This document shows positions 23,230 through 36,615 of a stretch of DNA of 64,000 bases, piece by piece. The DNA comes from an uncultured Deinococcaceae bacterium. Its GTDB lineage: Bacteria; Deinococcota; Deinococci; Deinococcales; Deinococcaceae. The stretch covers positions 1 through 64,000 of the forward strand of contig CAXULY010000004.1 in the NCBI GenBank assembly GCA_964252075.1, written 5' to 3'. The position numbers and the translations under genes were made by a program. The notes below the pieces were generated by a model. The model was not told where the DNA came from. It ran no database searches and saw only the letters and a program-made list of their open reading frames with translations. Position 1 is the first letter of the stretch. Every line of letters starts with the position of its first letter.

Positions 23230-25200
23230 TTACTCGTCCTCCTTGCGGGCGTTCAGGGCGTGTGTGACGCTCGGCAGGGGCTCGGGGGTGGTGTCGCTCG
23301 GGCCGGGCGTTTTCACGAGGTTCAGGTCCTCCGGGTGCAGGCCCTCGTCCACGGCGCGCACGAGCTGCGGGGGGGGCGGGTCCGTGACGCGGCGGGACAG
23401 GAAGCCGCCCGCCGCGATGAACAGCACGATCAGGGACTTCAGGACCGTCACGATGTCGCGGTTCACGTTGCTGAGCTTCGTGGAGACGTTCACGCCGCCC
23501 GTGTCGAGCGTGCCGAACAGCACGCTCGCGGCGACCACGCCCACCGGGGTGCTTTGGCCCATCAGGGCGACGGTGATGCCGTCGAAGCCCACGCTGGCGG
23601 GGAGGCTCTGCTTGAGGGCGTAGCCGCCCAGCACGCCGCCCATGGTGTAGTGCGTGCCCGCGAGGCCCCCAAAGAGGCCGGCGAGCGTCATGGCGAGGAC
23701 CGTGCCGCGCGCGACGTTGATGCCGCCGTACTCCGCCGCCTTGGGCGAGAGGCCCACCGCGCGCAGGGCGTAGCCGCCCGCCGTGCGCCACATGAACACC
23801 GCGAAGAACACCACGGCGGCGATCGCGAGCAGGAACGCGACGTTCAGGGTGCTGCCCGCGAGGTTGCCGTTCACCTGCACCGGCACGCGCACCGCCCAGG
23901 TCACGAGGAGCGCCACGAGCGCACCCCCGAGCGCGATGAGGGCACGCCCTCGGCGGCGCACGAAAATGTACAGCGCCGCGAAGACCACGACCGCGATGAC
24001 CGGACCGAGCGTGAGGCGGCCCGTGCCGATCTCACCGACGCCCAGCACGTCCGCGAGGCTCGCGAAGTGCGCGCCGGGCTGCAGCGGGTAACTCTCGGGG
24101 TTCTGGCCGGGCACCTTGAAGGGAATGGAGTGCGTGGTGCCGAACCACTGGAAGGTGTCGCTGCCGACCATGAACAGCAGGATGGCGCTCGCGATGTAGT
24201 TCAACATGATGGTGTTGATGACTTCGCTGGACCCGAAGCGCGCCTTCAGAAAGCCGGGGATGGCGCCCCACAGGGCGCCCCCGAGGGCCGCGCCGATCAC
24301 GGCGGCGGGCATCAGGATCACGGCGGGCGCCTTGAGGTACAAACCCACCAGCGTCGCGCCGATGGCGCCCGCCGTGAGCTGGCCGGGCACGCCAATGTTG
24401 AAGAGGCCCACGCGGTACGCCATCGCGACGCCGAGGCCCGTGAAGATCAGGGGCGTGGCGAGGGTGAGGCTTTGGAAGAGGTCCGCGAGGTTCGTGAGGG
24501 GCGCGAACAGCGAGGCGTACACGAACCACACGAGGTCCGCCTTGCCGAGCCACGAGGTCACGAAGCTCGCGCCCGCGCTGGGCGCGGGCACCGGCTGAAT
24601 GAGCAGCACCACGAGCGCGCCCACCACGATGGCGAGGCCAATCGCGACGAGCGGCACCAGCAGCGCGCGCCCCCGGTTCAGGCGGTCCCACCACGCGCGC
24701 TGCGCGCTGAGGCCCGCGAAGGTCGCAACGAAGCCCGCGAGCAGCGGCAGCACGAGGCCCAGGCTGGCGCCGCTCTGCACGAAGAAGCGCGCGAGGAAGC
24801 GCCGCTGCCCGGCGCGCAGGCTGGACGGCAGATGCTGCGAGACGTCCGCGACGCTCGCCTTGAACACCACGATGGTGATGATCGCGAGGATCAGCGTGGC
24901 GAGGCCGGAGAGCCACAGCCAGCGCGCGCGCGTGAGGGCCCCGACCACCGTGAGGGCCGTCGCGATGAGGGTCAGCCAGCTCAGCACCAGGGTGGGCGTG
25001 GCGTTGGGCGTCACGCGCAGGCTCGCCTGCGCGAGGTCCAGCACATGGCCGTACAGGGTGAGGAGCACCCCGGAACCATCGAAGTTGCGCCCGAAGGTCG
25101 CCAGCGGGAACACCAGCAACCCCAGCAGCGCGAGCAGCCCGAAGGACAGCGCGAGGCGGGCCGCCGTGCTGGAGGGGCGGGGAGGGCTTACAGTCGTCAC
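23230..25200 (-). CDS. Nucleoside/sugar ABC permease with long N-terminal membrane extension
   Basis: [31 protein letters not shown]. Confidence 0.9.
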   Translation of the reverse strand: MTTVSPPRPSSTAARLALSFGLLALLGLLVFPLATFGRNFDGSGVLLTLYGHVLDLAQASLRVTPNATPTLVLSWLTLIATALTVVGALTRARWLWLSGLATLILAIITIVVFKASVADVSQHLPSSLRAGQRRFLARFFVQSGASLGLVLPLLAGFVATFAGLSAQRAWWDRLNRGRALLVPLVAIGLAIVVGALVVLLIQPVPAPSAGASFVTSWLGKADLVWFVYASLFAPLTNLADLFQSLTLATPLIFTGLGVAMAYRVGLFNIGVPGQLTAGAIGATLVGLYLKAPAVILMPAAVIGAALGGALWGAIPGFLKARFGSSEVINTIMLNYIASAILLFMVGSDTFQWFGTTHSIPFKVPGQNPESYPLQPGAHFASLADVLGVGEIGTGRLTLGPVIAVVVFAALYIFVRRRGRALIALGGALVALLVTWAVRVPVQVNGNLAGSTLNVAFLLAIAAVVFFAVFMWRTAGGYALRAVGLSPKAAEYGGINVARGTVLAMTLAGLFGGLAGTHYTMGGVLGGYALKQSLPASVGFDGITVALMGQSTPVGVVAASVLFGTLDTGGVNVSTKLSNVNRDIVTVLKSLIVLFIAAGGFLSRRVTDPPPPQLVRAVDEGLHPEDLNLVKTPGPSDTTPEPLPSVTHALNARKEDE

Positions 25201-25278
25201 GCCTGCATTGTACGGGAGCTGCGCGGCGCGCCGCGCGCCTTTGGGGCGCCCCGGCGTGCGCTATCCTGTCTTCTTGGT

Positions 25279-25692
25279 ATGGAACGCACTTTTGCCATGA
25301 TCAAGCCAGACGGCGTGCGCCGCGGCCTGACCGCCGAGATTCTGAGCCGCCTGCAGCGCAAGGGGTACCGCGTGGTGGGCCTCAAGCAGATGGTCATCCC
25401 CCGCGAGCTGGCCGAGCAGCACTACGCCGAGCACCGGGAGCGCTCCTTCTTCGGGGAACTGGTGACCTTCATCACGTCCGGCCCGGTCGTCGCGATCGCG
25501 CTGGAAGGCGAGAACGCCATCACCGGCTGGCGCGCCATGATGGGCGCCACGAACCCCGCCAACGCCGCGCCGGGCACCATCCGCGCGGACTTCGCCACCA
25601 CCACCGGTGAGAACGTCACGCACGGCAGTGACAGCCCCGAGAGCGCCGAGCGCGAGCTGGGCCTGTTCTTCAAGCCTGAAGAGCTGCTGTAA
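25279..25692 (+). CDS. ndk: Nucleoside diphosphate kinase
   Basis: [29 protein letters not shown]. Confidence 0.98.
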   Translation: MERTFAMIKPDGVRRGLTAEILSRLQRKGYRVVGLKQMVIPRELAEQHYAEHRERSFFGELVTFITSGPVVAIALEGENAITGWRAMMGATNPANAAPGTIRADFATTTGENVTHGSDSPESAERELGLFFKPEELL

Positions 25693-25703
25693 GGCTGCAA
25701 GGA

Positions 25704-25729
25704 GGAGGGGCGGACCGGTCCGCCCCTCC
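25704..25729. repeat. 26-bp perfect palindrome after ndk
   Basis: ggaggggcggacc|ggtccgcccctcc. Confidence 0.65.
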
Positions 25730-25747
25730 CCTGTTCTACCTACATGT

Positions 25748-25777
25748 AAGCGCCCCGGACGTTCATCCGGGGCGCTT
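25748..25777 (-). terminator. Hairpin after rpmF
   Basis: aagcgccccgga..tccggggcgctt. Confidence 0.65.
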
Positions 25778-25794
25778 CAGTGGCGGTGCTGCGC

Positions 25795-25977
<183 letters not shown>

Positions 25978-26079
25978 GCTGCTCTCTCCTTCGGCCGCCT
26001 CCTCATACCCGTCGCCGGGCGGGGCGGACTGCTCTCGCCTGGGCGAGACAACGCGAAAAAGTATAGCACCGCCCCGGCG

Positions 26080-26418
26080 TTATTTGAAGCGCGGGCCGCC
26101 CTTCTTCACGCCCGCGTAGCGGCGGCGGTCCACCTTCTGGTAGCGGCCCGCGTCTTTCTTCCCGCCGGGACGCGCGCGGCTGGGCGGCTGCGCCATATCC
26201 ACCGCCAGGAACCGCGCGAAGGGAATGTACAGCAGCAGCACGATGATCGCCGTGCCCCACCAGGTGTCCACGATCTTCAGGCCCGCCATGCGCAGCAGCA
26301 CCTGCGCCGTCACCGCCACGAAGGCGAACAGCACGGACTTGATGAGGAGCCGCGTGACCTTCTTGGTGCTGAGGCCCGGGGTGGAGTCCGGCTCGGTCAG
26401 CCAACGCCAGATGTTCAT
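26080..26418 (-). CDS. Hypothetical 2-TM protein with basic tail
   Basis: AAGGA SD, two TM helices, K/R-rich C-terminus. Confidence 0.75.
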   Translation of the reverse strand: MNIWRWLTEPDSTPGLSTKKVTRLLIKSVLFAFVAVTAQVLLRMAGLKIVDTWWGTAIIVLLLYIPFARFLAVDMAQPPSRARPGGKKDAGRYQKVDRRRYAGVKKGGPRFK

Positions 26419-26428
26419 GCGTGTCCTT

Positions 26429-27295
26429 TCATGCGTCCCCGGCAGGCCGGGCGCTCGCGCGCGCGCTCAGGCGCTCCGCGAAGGCCGTGAGGTCAGCGGG
26501 CGCCTCCGGCGCGACGTCCAGCACCAGCGTGGGCTTGAAGGACGCGCCCGCCAGCCGCTCCAGCGCGCGCTGCGCGGCGGCGTCACGCGCGGGCACCGCG
26601 AAGAGCAGCCCCGCCACGCTCCCCTTCGAGGACAGCAGGCCGGTCGCGCCCGCCAGGGCCGCCTCGCCGGGCGACCGCGCGCCCGCACGCTGGGCGCGCT
26701 CCACGACCCCCTCGGGCGGCAGCGCGTGGCCCCACACGGGGTGCAGGTGCGCCTCCGCGAGCGCGGCGCGCAGCGGCGCGGTTAGGTACGGGTCCGCCGT
26801 GAGGAGCTGCGGCCCCACCACCCCCACCGTGCGCTGCCCCGTCACGACCCAGGTGGTCGCCTCGGGGCGCGGCGGCTGTGCGAGCGGCTTCACGCGTTCC
26901 AGCGCGAGGCGCACCTTACCGGGGTTGTGAATCAGCTGCACGCCCAGCTCGGTGGCGGCGGTGGGGAGGCCGTCGCCCTCCACCGGCACGGTCAGCAGGT
27001 TCGGCAGGCCGCCCACGCGGCGCGCCAGCACGTCCGCGAAGGCGGCGCTCCAGGGGTCGTCCCCGATCTCGGGCAGTTCGGGGAGCAGCACCACGTCGCT
27101 GCGGCCCAGCTCCAGGATGCGGCCCAGGGCGAGCTGCACCCAGGTGGGCTCGCCGGGCAGGCTCTCGCGGCCCAGCGCGTAGGCGTCGGCGGGCGGGAGC
27201 GTGGGCCGCACGGTGTCCACACCCAGCGCGGCCAGGTACGGGGCCCAGTACCGCAGGTGGCGGGCCCCGAGGGAATCAATCAAACCAACCTTCAC
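26429..27295 (-). CDS. Hypothetical protein, distantly DUF2229-like (CoA-enzyme activase associated)
   Basis: TAGACT 7 nt before the GTG; YWAPYLAALGVDTV..ALGRILEL..DVVLLP pattern. Confidence 0.7.
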   Translation of the reverse strand: MKVGLIDSLGARHLRYWAPYLAALGVDTVRPTLPPADAYALGRESLPGEPTWVQLALGRILELGRSDVVLLPELPEIGDDPWSAAFADVLARRVGGLPNLLTVPVEGDGLPTAATELGVQLIHNPGKVRLALERVKPLAQPPRPEATTWVVTGQRTVGVVGPQLLTADPYLTAPLRAALAEAHLHPVWGHALPPEGVVERAQRAGARSPGEAALAGATGLLSSKGSVAGLLFAVPARDAAAQRALERLAGASFKPTLVLDVAPEAPADLTAFAERLSARASARPAGDA

Positions 27296-27327
27296 ACCCG
27301 ACAGTCTACGGGATGCGCGCGGCCCGC

Positions 27328-28074
27328 TCAGCGCTCCGCGGCCGAATAGTCGCCGCTCTTCCCGCCGCTCTTGGCGAGCAGGCGCACGCCCGTCACCTCG
27401 ATGGCCTTGCTGGCGGCCTTCAGCATGTCGTACACGTTCAGCGCCGCGACCGTCACGGCGGTCAGCGCCTCCATCTCCACGCCGGTGGCGCCGGTGGTGC
27501 GCACGGTGGCGCGCAGGTGCACGCCGCGCGCCTCCAGCTCGACCGTCACGTCCACGCCGCTGATGGGCAGCGGGTGGCACAGCAGCACGAGGTCACTGGT
27601 GCGCTTGGCGCCCAGAATGCCTGCGAGGCGCGCGACCGTGAGGGGATCGCCCTTGGGGGTGCGGCCGCCCTCCAGCGCCTCGCGCGCCTCGGGCGGCAGC
27701 AGCACCCACGCTTCGGCGCTCGCCTCGCGCGCGGTGCTGGCCTTGTCCGACACGTCCACCATGCGCGGCTGCCCGCCCGCGAAGTGCGTGAGGGCAGGCG
27801 GCGTCACCTCGTGCGCGGGCAGGCCCGTCGCGACCGTCCACTCGGCGGCGCTCACGCGCAGCGCCACCCGCAGCGCCTCGCGCACGTCCTGCGCCGCCTG
27901 CAGCAGCCCACGCTCGCCGTACTCCAGCTTCGCAAGGTAATTCTGGCTGATGCGCGCGTGCGGGCGCAAGCGCAGCGCCTCCGCGACCAGCTGCGGGCGC
28001 GTGAGGCCCAGCGCGCTGCGGCGCGAGCGCAACCACTGCCCGAGCGCCTGCGGGTCCCCGGACGGCTCAGTCAT
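27328..28074 (-). CDS. moaC: Cyclic pyranopterin monophosphate synthase with N-terminal XRE-like HTH
   Basis: [37 protein letters not shown]; about 85 extra N-terminal residues. Confidence 0.9.
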   Translation of the reverse strand: MTEPSGDPQALGQWLRSRRSALGLTRPQLVAEALRLRPHARISQNYLAKLEYGERGLLQAAQDVREALRVALRVSAAEWTVATGLPAHEVTPPALTHFAGGQPRMVDVSDKASTAREASAEAWVLLPPEAREALEGGRTPKGDPLTVARLAGILGAKRTSDLVLLCHPLPISGVDVTVELEARGVHLRATVRTTGATGVEMEALTAVTVAALNVYDMLKAASKAIEVTGVRLLAKSGGKSGDYSAAER

Positions 28075-28654
28075 CCGGGAGCTGCAGGTCGCGCAGCGCC
28101 GCGAACGGCGTCTGGCGGGCGTGCAGCTCACCTTCGGGGAGGTCCTCGATGGGCACCGCGGCGGCATGCTCGCAGGTCTGGTCGTTCAGGTCGGTGCCGC
28201 ACACCTGACACAGGCCCTTGCAGCTGGGGTCGTGCAGCACGCTGAGGGGCGCGCCCATCAGGACGTTCTCCGCCAGGAACTCGCTGAGGTCCACGTTCGG
28301 GTCACCAAACACCAGCAGTTCCTCACCGCCCTCGCCCTCCTCAAGGTGGGGGGTGCTGGCGGCAGGCACGTAGCGCATGAGCGTCCCGAACTTCAGATCG
28401 AGCGGCACCTCGGTGGGGCGCAGGCAGCGCGCGCAGTCCATCTGCAGGGTGGGGCGGAAGGACCCGGAGAGCCAGAAGTCGTCGCCGCCCACGGTGTTCA
28501 CGCTGATCTGGAAGTCGGCGGGCGCGCCGAAGCTGAGGTGCTGGCGCGCGTCACCCTGATCGAAGTCGAGGTGGTCCAGCTGGCCGCGCACGCTCACCTC
28601 TCCAGGGGAGCGCAGCAGGCCGGACAGGTTGATGCGGGGATCCGTGCTGATCAT
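28067..28654 (-). CDS. yceD: YceD/DUF177 family protein
   Basis: CARCL and [15 protein letters not shown] 6 nt before the ATG. Confidence 0.9.
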   Translation of the reverse strand: MISTDPRINLSGLLRSPGEVSVRGQLDHLDFDQGDARQHLSFGAPADFQISVNTVGGDDFWLSGSFRPTLQMDCARCLRPTEVPLDLKFGTLMRYVPAASTPHLEEGEGGEELLVFGDPNVDLSEFLAENVLMGAPLSVLHDPSCKGLCQVCGTDLNDQTCEHAAAVPIEDLPEGELHARQTPFAALRDLQLPDD

Positions 28655-28716
28655 GCACCCATGATAGAGCGGCGCGCCAGCAGACAAACTGATGAAAGTC
28701 GCGCTGCCGCTCAGGC

Positions 28717-28788
28717 TGCATACGAGAGTGAATAACGCGCACAGCACACCGGACTCATAAGCATGCAGCGCGTCTGCATGCTGTTTTT
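28717..28788. promoter_or_regulatory. Possible ArgR (ARG box) sites upstream of arginase
   Basis: Several TG(A/C)AT half-sites; the best is TGCATGCTTATGAG (minus, 28767-28754). Confidence 0.4.
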
Positions 28789-28807
28789 TGCGTGTTAGCC
28801 TGAATGC

Positions 28808-29688
<881 letters not shown>

Positions 29689-29692
<4 letters not shown>

Positions 29693-30609
29693 GCGTGCGG
29701 GCGCGGCGGGCGGTGCTGCACGGCCCGCGCGACGTGCGGCTGGAGGACTTCACGCTGCCCGCGCCCGGCCCCGGCGAGGTGCGGCTCGAAACGCGGCTCT
29801 CGGCCCTCAGCATCGCCTCCGAGCTGAGCCTCGTGGTGGGGAACGTGCCCGTCATATACCCGGCCCCGCTGGGCTACCAGAGCCTTGCGCGGGTCGCGCA
29901 GGTCGGCCCGGACGTGCGCCACCTGAAGGTCGGCCAGCGCGTGCTGGACACCTACGGGCACGCCAGCCACGCCCTGCGGCCCGCCAAGACGCCCATCCCC
30001 GTGCCGGAGGATGTCCCGGACCGCGTGGCTCTTGCCGCCATCCTGGGTGAAGAAACGTGGCGCGGCGTCCGGCGGCTCAACGCAACGCCTGGCGCGCGCG
30101 TGCTGGTGGTGGGCGCCGGCCTGCTGGGCTTCCTGAGCGTCTTCAACCTCACGCGGCGCGGCTGGACCGCAGAGGTGCTGGAACCTGACCCCGCCCGCCG
30201 CGCCCTCGCGCTGCGCTTCGGCGCCGCAAACGCCACGCACCCGGACGCGCCCGGCCCCGACTTCGGTTTCGCGCTGGACTGCTCCGCCAGCCCGGACGGC
30301 GCACGCGCCGCCATGGAACGCCTGCGGCGCGGCGGGCGACTGTGCGTGCTGTCGGACGGCAACTGGGGCGCCCTGACGCTGCCGCGCGCCTTCCACGACC
30401 GGGAACTCACGGTAATCGCCTCCGACGGCGGCGAGGACTACCCCACCTACGCGCGCTGGCTGTGGGCGCACCCCGAGCCGCTCCTCGTCGAGCTGTTCAG
30501 TCCCACCCTGCCGCCCGAGCGCCTCCCGGACGCCTACCGCACGTACGGGACGTCGCCGCGCCCAGTGTCCGCGGTGCTGGACTGGACTAGCGGCGCAACT
30601 CCACGTTGA
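29689..30609 (+). CDS. MDR (zinc-type alcohol dehydrogenase-like) oxidoreductase
   Basis: GTG overlaps the rocF stop; [15 protein letters not shown]; no obvious Zn-binding Cys. Confidence 0.8.
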
Positions 30610-31057
30610 GCGCCAGGGGTGAATCCACGTTCCGGTAACTCACCCGGTACGCCAGCGCCTGCGGGTTCTTGCTGGGGTACTTCGGCGCGCTCACGCGCAG
30701 GTACAGCCGCACGCGGGCGCTGCTGGCGCTGCCCGTCCCGAGCGGCACGCGCAGCACCGTGGCGCGCTCCAGGCTGAGGCCCCACCCCAGCGGCAGGCCG
30801 TTCGGCGTGACGCGGAAGCCCGTCACGGTCGTCTCGGCGTTCACGTTCCCCAGCGTGCGGTCCTCGACGCCCACCACGGACGCGGTGACGGTCTGCGCGA
30901 CGAACACCGTCTGCCCCGGTGCGATCACCACCACCTCATCCGGCCGGGACAGCACGACCGGCTGACTGGCGCTCGCGCCCACCTGCACGGGCACGCAGGC
31001 ATTTAGGGTGGCAAGCAGGGTGGCGGCGAGGGCAGCGGACGCGAACACGTGTTTCAT
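30587..31057 (-). CDS. Hypothetical lipoprotein
   Basis: GGAGG SD; signal peptide with LNAC lipobox. Confidence 0.7.
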   Translation of the reverse strand: MKHVFASAALAATLLATLNACVPVQVGASASQPVVLSRPDEVVVIAPGQTVFVAQTVTASVVGVEDRTLGNVNAETTVTGFRVTPNGLPLGWGLSLERATVLRVPLGTGSASSARVRLYLRVSAPKYPSKNPQALAYRVSYRNVDSPLALNVELRR

Positions 31058-31233
31058 GAGGGCCTCCAGTCGTCAGACAGCTGGACGCTAACACAACAGC
31101 ACGTGAGGCCCCATGTGAACAACCTCAAGGTGGACGCGCCGCGCCCGTGTTGCGTTGCTGAGGACGAACAGCCACCGCACAGAGAGGGCACGGTTCTGGG
31201 GAGCCGTGCCCTCGACATAACAGAGGCGCGCCT

Positions 31234-31458
31234 TCAGGGGCGATTCAGGGGGATGTTCGCGACGAGCACCACAGTGTCGCCGCGCTGCTCCACCTCGACG
31301 TTCGTGCCCTGGGTGGGAAAGTACCGCTGCACGACCTCCATCAGGTCGCGGCGCAACGCGTCCACCTTGCCGGGCGGGATCTGTGCGCGGTCGTACGCGA
31401 GCACGAGTTCCAGGCGGTCCTTGAGTGTTTCCTTGCTGCGCTTGCGGCCCCAGAACAT
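31234..31458 (-). CDS. minE: Cell division topological specificity factor
   Basis: LKDRLELVLAYDR, LVANIPL; directly after minD. Confidence 0.93.
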   Translation of the reverse strand: MFWGRKRSKETLKDRLELVLAYDRAQIPPGKVDALRRDLMEVVQRYFPTQGTNVEVEQRGDTVVLVANIPLNRP

Positions 31459-31459
31459 G

Positions 31460-32260
31460 TCAGGCACCTCCAAACAGGCGGCGCAGGGCGGCCAGGAAGC
31501 CCTTGTTTTCCTCCAGCTTGGGGTACGGCACGTTCTCGCCGCGCAGGCGGCGCGCCGTGTCGAACATCGCGATGCCCGCCTTGGTCTTGCCGAGCACGGC
31601 GGGCTCACCGACGTTGGTGCTCACCAGGATGCCCTCGTCCTCGGGCACCACGCCGATGGGTTTCACGCCGAGGATCTCCAGGATGTCCGCTTCGGAGAGC
31701 ATGTTGCCGCTCGCGACCATCTTGGGGCGCAGGCGGTTGATGACGAGGCGAATCTCGCGCACGCCCTGCGCCTCCAGCATCCCGATGATGCGGTCCGCGT
31801 CGCGCACGCTGGACACCTCGGGGTTCACGACCACCAGCGCGCCCTCGGCCGGCGCGGCGGCGGTCTTGAAGCCGGATTCGATCCCGGCGGGGCTGTCGAT
31901 CAGCACGCGGTCGAAGCCCTCCTCCGCCACGAGTTGCGCGACGGCGGTCTTGAAGACCTCGGGGTTCAGGGCGTCCTTGTCGCGCGTCTGGGAGGCGGGC
32001 AGCAGGTACAGGTTCTCCACGCGCTTGTCGCGGATCATGGCCTGACGCAGCTTGCATTTGCCTTCCAGCACGTCCACGAGGTCGAACACCACGCGGCTCT
32101 CAAGGCCCATCACCACGTCGAGGTTGCGCAGGCCCACGTCCACGTCGATCACGACGACCTTCTCACCCAGTTTGGCAAGCGCCGTCCCGATGTTGGCGGT
32201 GGTGGTGGTCTTGCCGACCCCCCCTTTGCCGGACGTGACGACAATGATTTTGGCGTTCAA
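31460..32260 (-). CDS. minD: Septum site-determining ATPase (TTG start)
   Basis: SGKGGVGKTT, DVGLRNLD, DSPAGIE, amphipathic C-terminus. Confidence 0.97.
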   Translation of the reverse strand: MNAKIIVVTSGKGGVGKTTTTANIGTALAKLGEKVVVIDVDVGLRNLDVVMGLESRVVFDLVDVLEGKCKLRQAMIRDKRVENLYLLPASQTRDKDALNPEVFKTAVAQLVAEEGFDRVLIDSPAGIESGFKTAAAPAEGALVVVNPEVSSVRDADRIIGMLEAQGVREIRLVINRLRPKMVASGNMLSEADILEILGVKPIGVVPEDEGILVSTNVGEPAVLGKTKAGIAMFDTARRLRGENVPYPKLEENKGFLAALRRLFGGA

Positions 32261-32471
32261 CGGCTCTCCTCCTTCGGCCCGCGCCAGCCCACCCGAGCCC
32301 GGGAGCCGGGGACCTGTGCCGTGAGCATTGCACAGCAGTCTACAAGATGAAACTGACGCGGCGAGGAAGTGCGGTGGGTGGGGTCCGGGAACGCCGCCTC
32401 CGCTGGGTTTCGTGTTATGAAGCCCATGCATCACCGGCAAGGGCTCCTCCCGCGCGCCTACCACAACGAAA

Positions 32472-32506
32472 GGAAGGGCGGTGGAGCTTTTGCTCCACCG
32501 CCCTCC
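32472..32506 (-). terminator. Terminator after ftsH
   Basis: agggcggtggagc-tttt-gctccaccgccct. Confidence 0.7.
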
Positions 32507-32521
32507 AAAACGCTTGCGGTC

Positions 32522-34387
<1,866 letters not shown>

Positions 34388-34432
34388 GACATTCCTCCAA
34401 GTGCGCGGCCACTGTGCAGTCCGCCCACTTGA

Positions 34433-34453
34433 CTTGAGTGTATCAGACTCAGA
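34433..34453. promoter_or_regulatory. HAIR element (HspR operator) over the ftsH -10 box
   Basis: CTTGAGT-N7-ACTCAGA against consensus CTTGAGT-N7-ACTCAAG; contains minus-strand TACACT. Confidence 0.8.
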
Positions 34454-34568
34454 TTTGCGCGAGGTGTGCCCTCTTACACGCTGTGGCTTAAGGCAACGAT
34501 GAGACTTGCGGCGCGCGCTGTGACGCCCGCCCACGGCGGCGGCGCGGATGGGCGTATCCTGCAGGGGA

Positions 34569-35975
34569 ATGATCGAGCTCTCGACCACCTGGCAACAAGT
34601 GACGCAGGCCCTCGAACACGAGGATTTCGACGCGGCGTACGCCGTGCTCGACGGGGCCATGACGGGCGCCACGCGCAGCCAGCAGGCCAGACTCATGCTG
34701 TACGCCGCCAGCCTCCACAGCCTCTACGGCGATCCCGGCGTGCCGGACCTGGAGGGCGCCTTGAAGGAAGCCGCCCGCCTGGACGCGGGCGTGCGCTCAG
34801 ACGCCCTGTACGTCGCCCTGCACGCCGAACTGCGCGCCCGACAGGAGGCCGAGCAGGCGCCAGCGCCGCCCCCACAGGCCCTCACGGGGGACGCCCTGGC
34901 GCGCTACCACGCCATGAGCGCCCTGGCGCTCAGCGGGCGCGCGCAGGAGGCGCTGGACGCCGCGCCGCCCGCGAACGAACTGCCCGCGCACCTGCGCTGG
35001 CGCCTGCGCAGCTGGCAGGCGGACAGCGAGGAGGCGCTCGGGCACCTCGACGACGCCGGGCACCTGTACGCGGAGGCGGCGCACCTGTCGCAGGGCCTGA
35101 ACCGCGCCATCATGCTGCAGGAGCAGGCGGCGGTCCTGATCAGCCAGGAACGCCAGCCGGACGCGCTGGAGATCCTGGCGCGCGCGCGCGGCGGGTACAG
35201 CGCGGACGCCGCCACGCAGGAAGCGGAGGCGCTGCACCTCGCGGGCTGGCATTACCTGCAGGCGCAGGTGGAACTCGCGCTGGAACGCGCGGACGACGCC
35301 CTGAGGGACATTCAGGAAGCGGACCGCCTGGAGCGCCTGCACGGCGACCCGAGTTACGGCGTGGCGCTGGTGTGGGGGCAGGTGCTGAGCCACCAGGGCC
35401 GTCAGCAGGAGGCCGTCGCGCACTTCGAGGAGGCGCTGCGCCGCGCCGGACCGAAGGACCGCCCGTACGCGCTGCACGAGCTGGGCGTCGCGTACCTGGA
35501 CCTGGACCGCCCGGTGGAGGCCCGCGAGCGCCTACAGGAGGCGCTGGGCGCACTGGATTACCCGTTCGCGCCGGAGGTGCACGCGGACCTCGCGGAGAGC
35601 GAGTACCGCCTGGGGCGCCTCGCGGAGGCCGAGGCGAGCGCGCAGCACGCCCTGTCGCAGGGCGCGGCGGTGCCCGCGAGCCTCGTGCTGGGCTCCGTGG
35701 CGCTCGATTACTACCACCTGGAGGAGGCGCTGGAGCACTACGAACGGGTGGTGCGGGAGGCCGCGCCCGGCAGCCGCGACTGGATCACCGGGCACCAGAT
35801 GGCGGCGGACGTGATGGCGCAGCTGGGCTTCCCGGACCCCGGCGCGGCCTACGCCCACGCGCAGACGGCGCTGGAGTACACGGACCCCAGTGACGAGTGG
35901 CACGCGACCCTGCACGAGCACCTGGACCGCGCGCAGACCCAGCTGGAGAGCGGGCGCAAACGCACACTCAACTGA
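34569..35975 (+). CDS. Tetratricopeptide repeat protein
   Basis: Repeated Ala/Leu helical pairs (LG..Y..L....EA...L..AL); TATCCT upstream. Confidence 0.85.
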   Translation: MIELSTTWQQVTQALEHEDFDAAYAVLDGAMTGATRSQQARLMLYAASLHSLYGDPGVPDLEGALKEAARLDAGVRSDALYVALHAELRARQEAEQAPAPPPQALTGDALARYHAMSALALSGRAQEALDAAPPANELPAHLRWRLRSWQADSEEALGHLDDAGHLYAEAAHLSQGLNRAIMLQEQAAVLISQERQPDALEILARARGGYSADAATQEAEALHLAGWHYLQAQVELALERADDALRDIQEADRLERLHGDPSYGVALVWGQVLSHQGRQQEAVAHFEEALRRAGPKDRPYALHELGVAYLDLDRPVEARERLQEALGALDYPFAPEVHADLAESEYRLGRLAEAEASAQHALSQGAAVPASLVLGSVALDYYHLEEALEHYERVVREAAPGSRDWITGHQMAADVMAQLGFPDPGAAYAHAQTALEYTDPSDEWHATLHEHLDRAQTQLESGRKRTLN

Positions 35976-36030
35976 GGTGAACCGTGACATTTGCGCTCGC
36001 GGGCACCGCGCGGCGCTCTAGCATGGCGGC

Positions 36031-36282
36031 GTGGACGATGAACTGCAAGGCGCCCTGGCCTCGATGCAGTCGGCGTTCGGCAGCGACGCCGGGGTCTTCC
36101 CGGCGCGCGGCCTGGTGTTCGTGACGGTGCCGGGCGAGGCGAACCGCACGTACCGTGAGGCGGACGTGCTGCAGCACTGGCGGCGCCTGCAGGCTTCGGG
36201 CGGCGCGCTGACGCTCGGCCCGGCGTGGCTCAAGACCTTCTGGGACACCCTCCCGCAATTCCAGTACGGCCTGAAGAACTGA
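36031..36282 (+). CDS. Small hypothetical protein
   Basis: TAGCAT 6 nt before the GTG; host-like codon usage. Confidence 0.65.
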   Translation: MDDELQGALASMQSAFGSDAGVFPARGLVFVTVPGEANRTYREADVLQHWRRLQASGGALTLGPAWLKTFWDTLPQFQYGLKN

Positions 36283-36293
36283 CCTGTGCAGGA

Positions 36294-36330
36294 CAAAAAA
36301 GGGAACGCGGTTCTTGCGAACCGCGTTCCT
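36294..36330 (-). terminator. Terminator of the tRNA pair
   Basis: ggaacgcggttc-gcaa-gaaccgcgttcc plus T6 on the minus strand. Confidence 0.85.
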
Positions 36331-36333
36331 GTC

Positions 36334-36415
<82 letters not shown>

Positions 36416-36447
36416 ACACCCCAACCTAACACATTCACTGGCTGCCC

Positions 36448-36523
36448 TGGTGGGCCCTACAGGACTTGAACCTGTAACCAATCGGTTATGAGCCGACTGC
36501 TCTAACCATTGAGCTAAGAGCCC
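36448..36523 (-). tRNA. tRNA with CAT anticodon, most likely tRNA-Ile2 (lysidine)
   Basis: GGGCTCTTAGCTCA..gtcgg-ctCATaa-ccgat..GGCCCACCA; paired 1:72 and no three G-C anticodon-stem pairs, so not the initiator. Confidence 0.9.
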
Positions 36524-36544
36524 CCTAGCCGCGCAGCGACAGGG

Positions 36545-36574
36545 ACTATAGCAACCATTCTCGCCGCTTGTCAA
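36545..36574 (-). promoter_or_regulatory. tRNA operon promoter
   Basis: TTGACA, 18 nt spacer, TATAGT. Confidence 0.8.
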
Positions 36575-36615
36575 ACCGCCTCCCGGAAGGGGAAGCGGGC
36601 AGGTATGCTGGGCGA

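Noticed and set aside
31234..32260. minDE without minC as a novelty
   Set aside because: minC is often unlinked, and absence cannot be judged from one window
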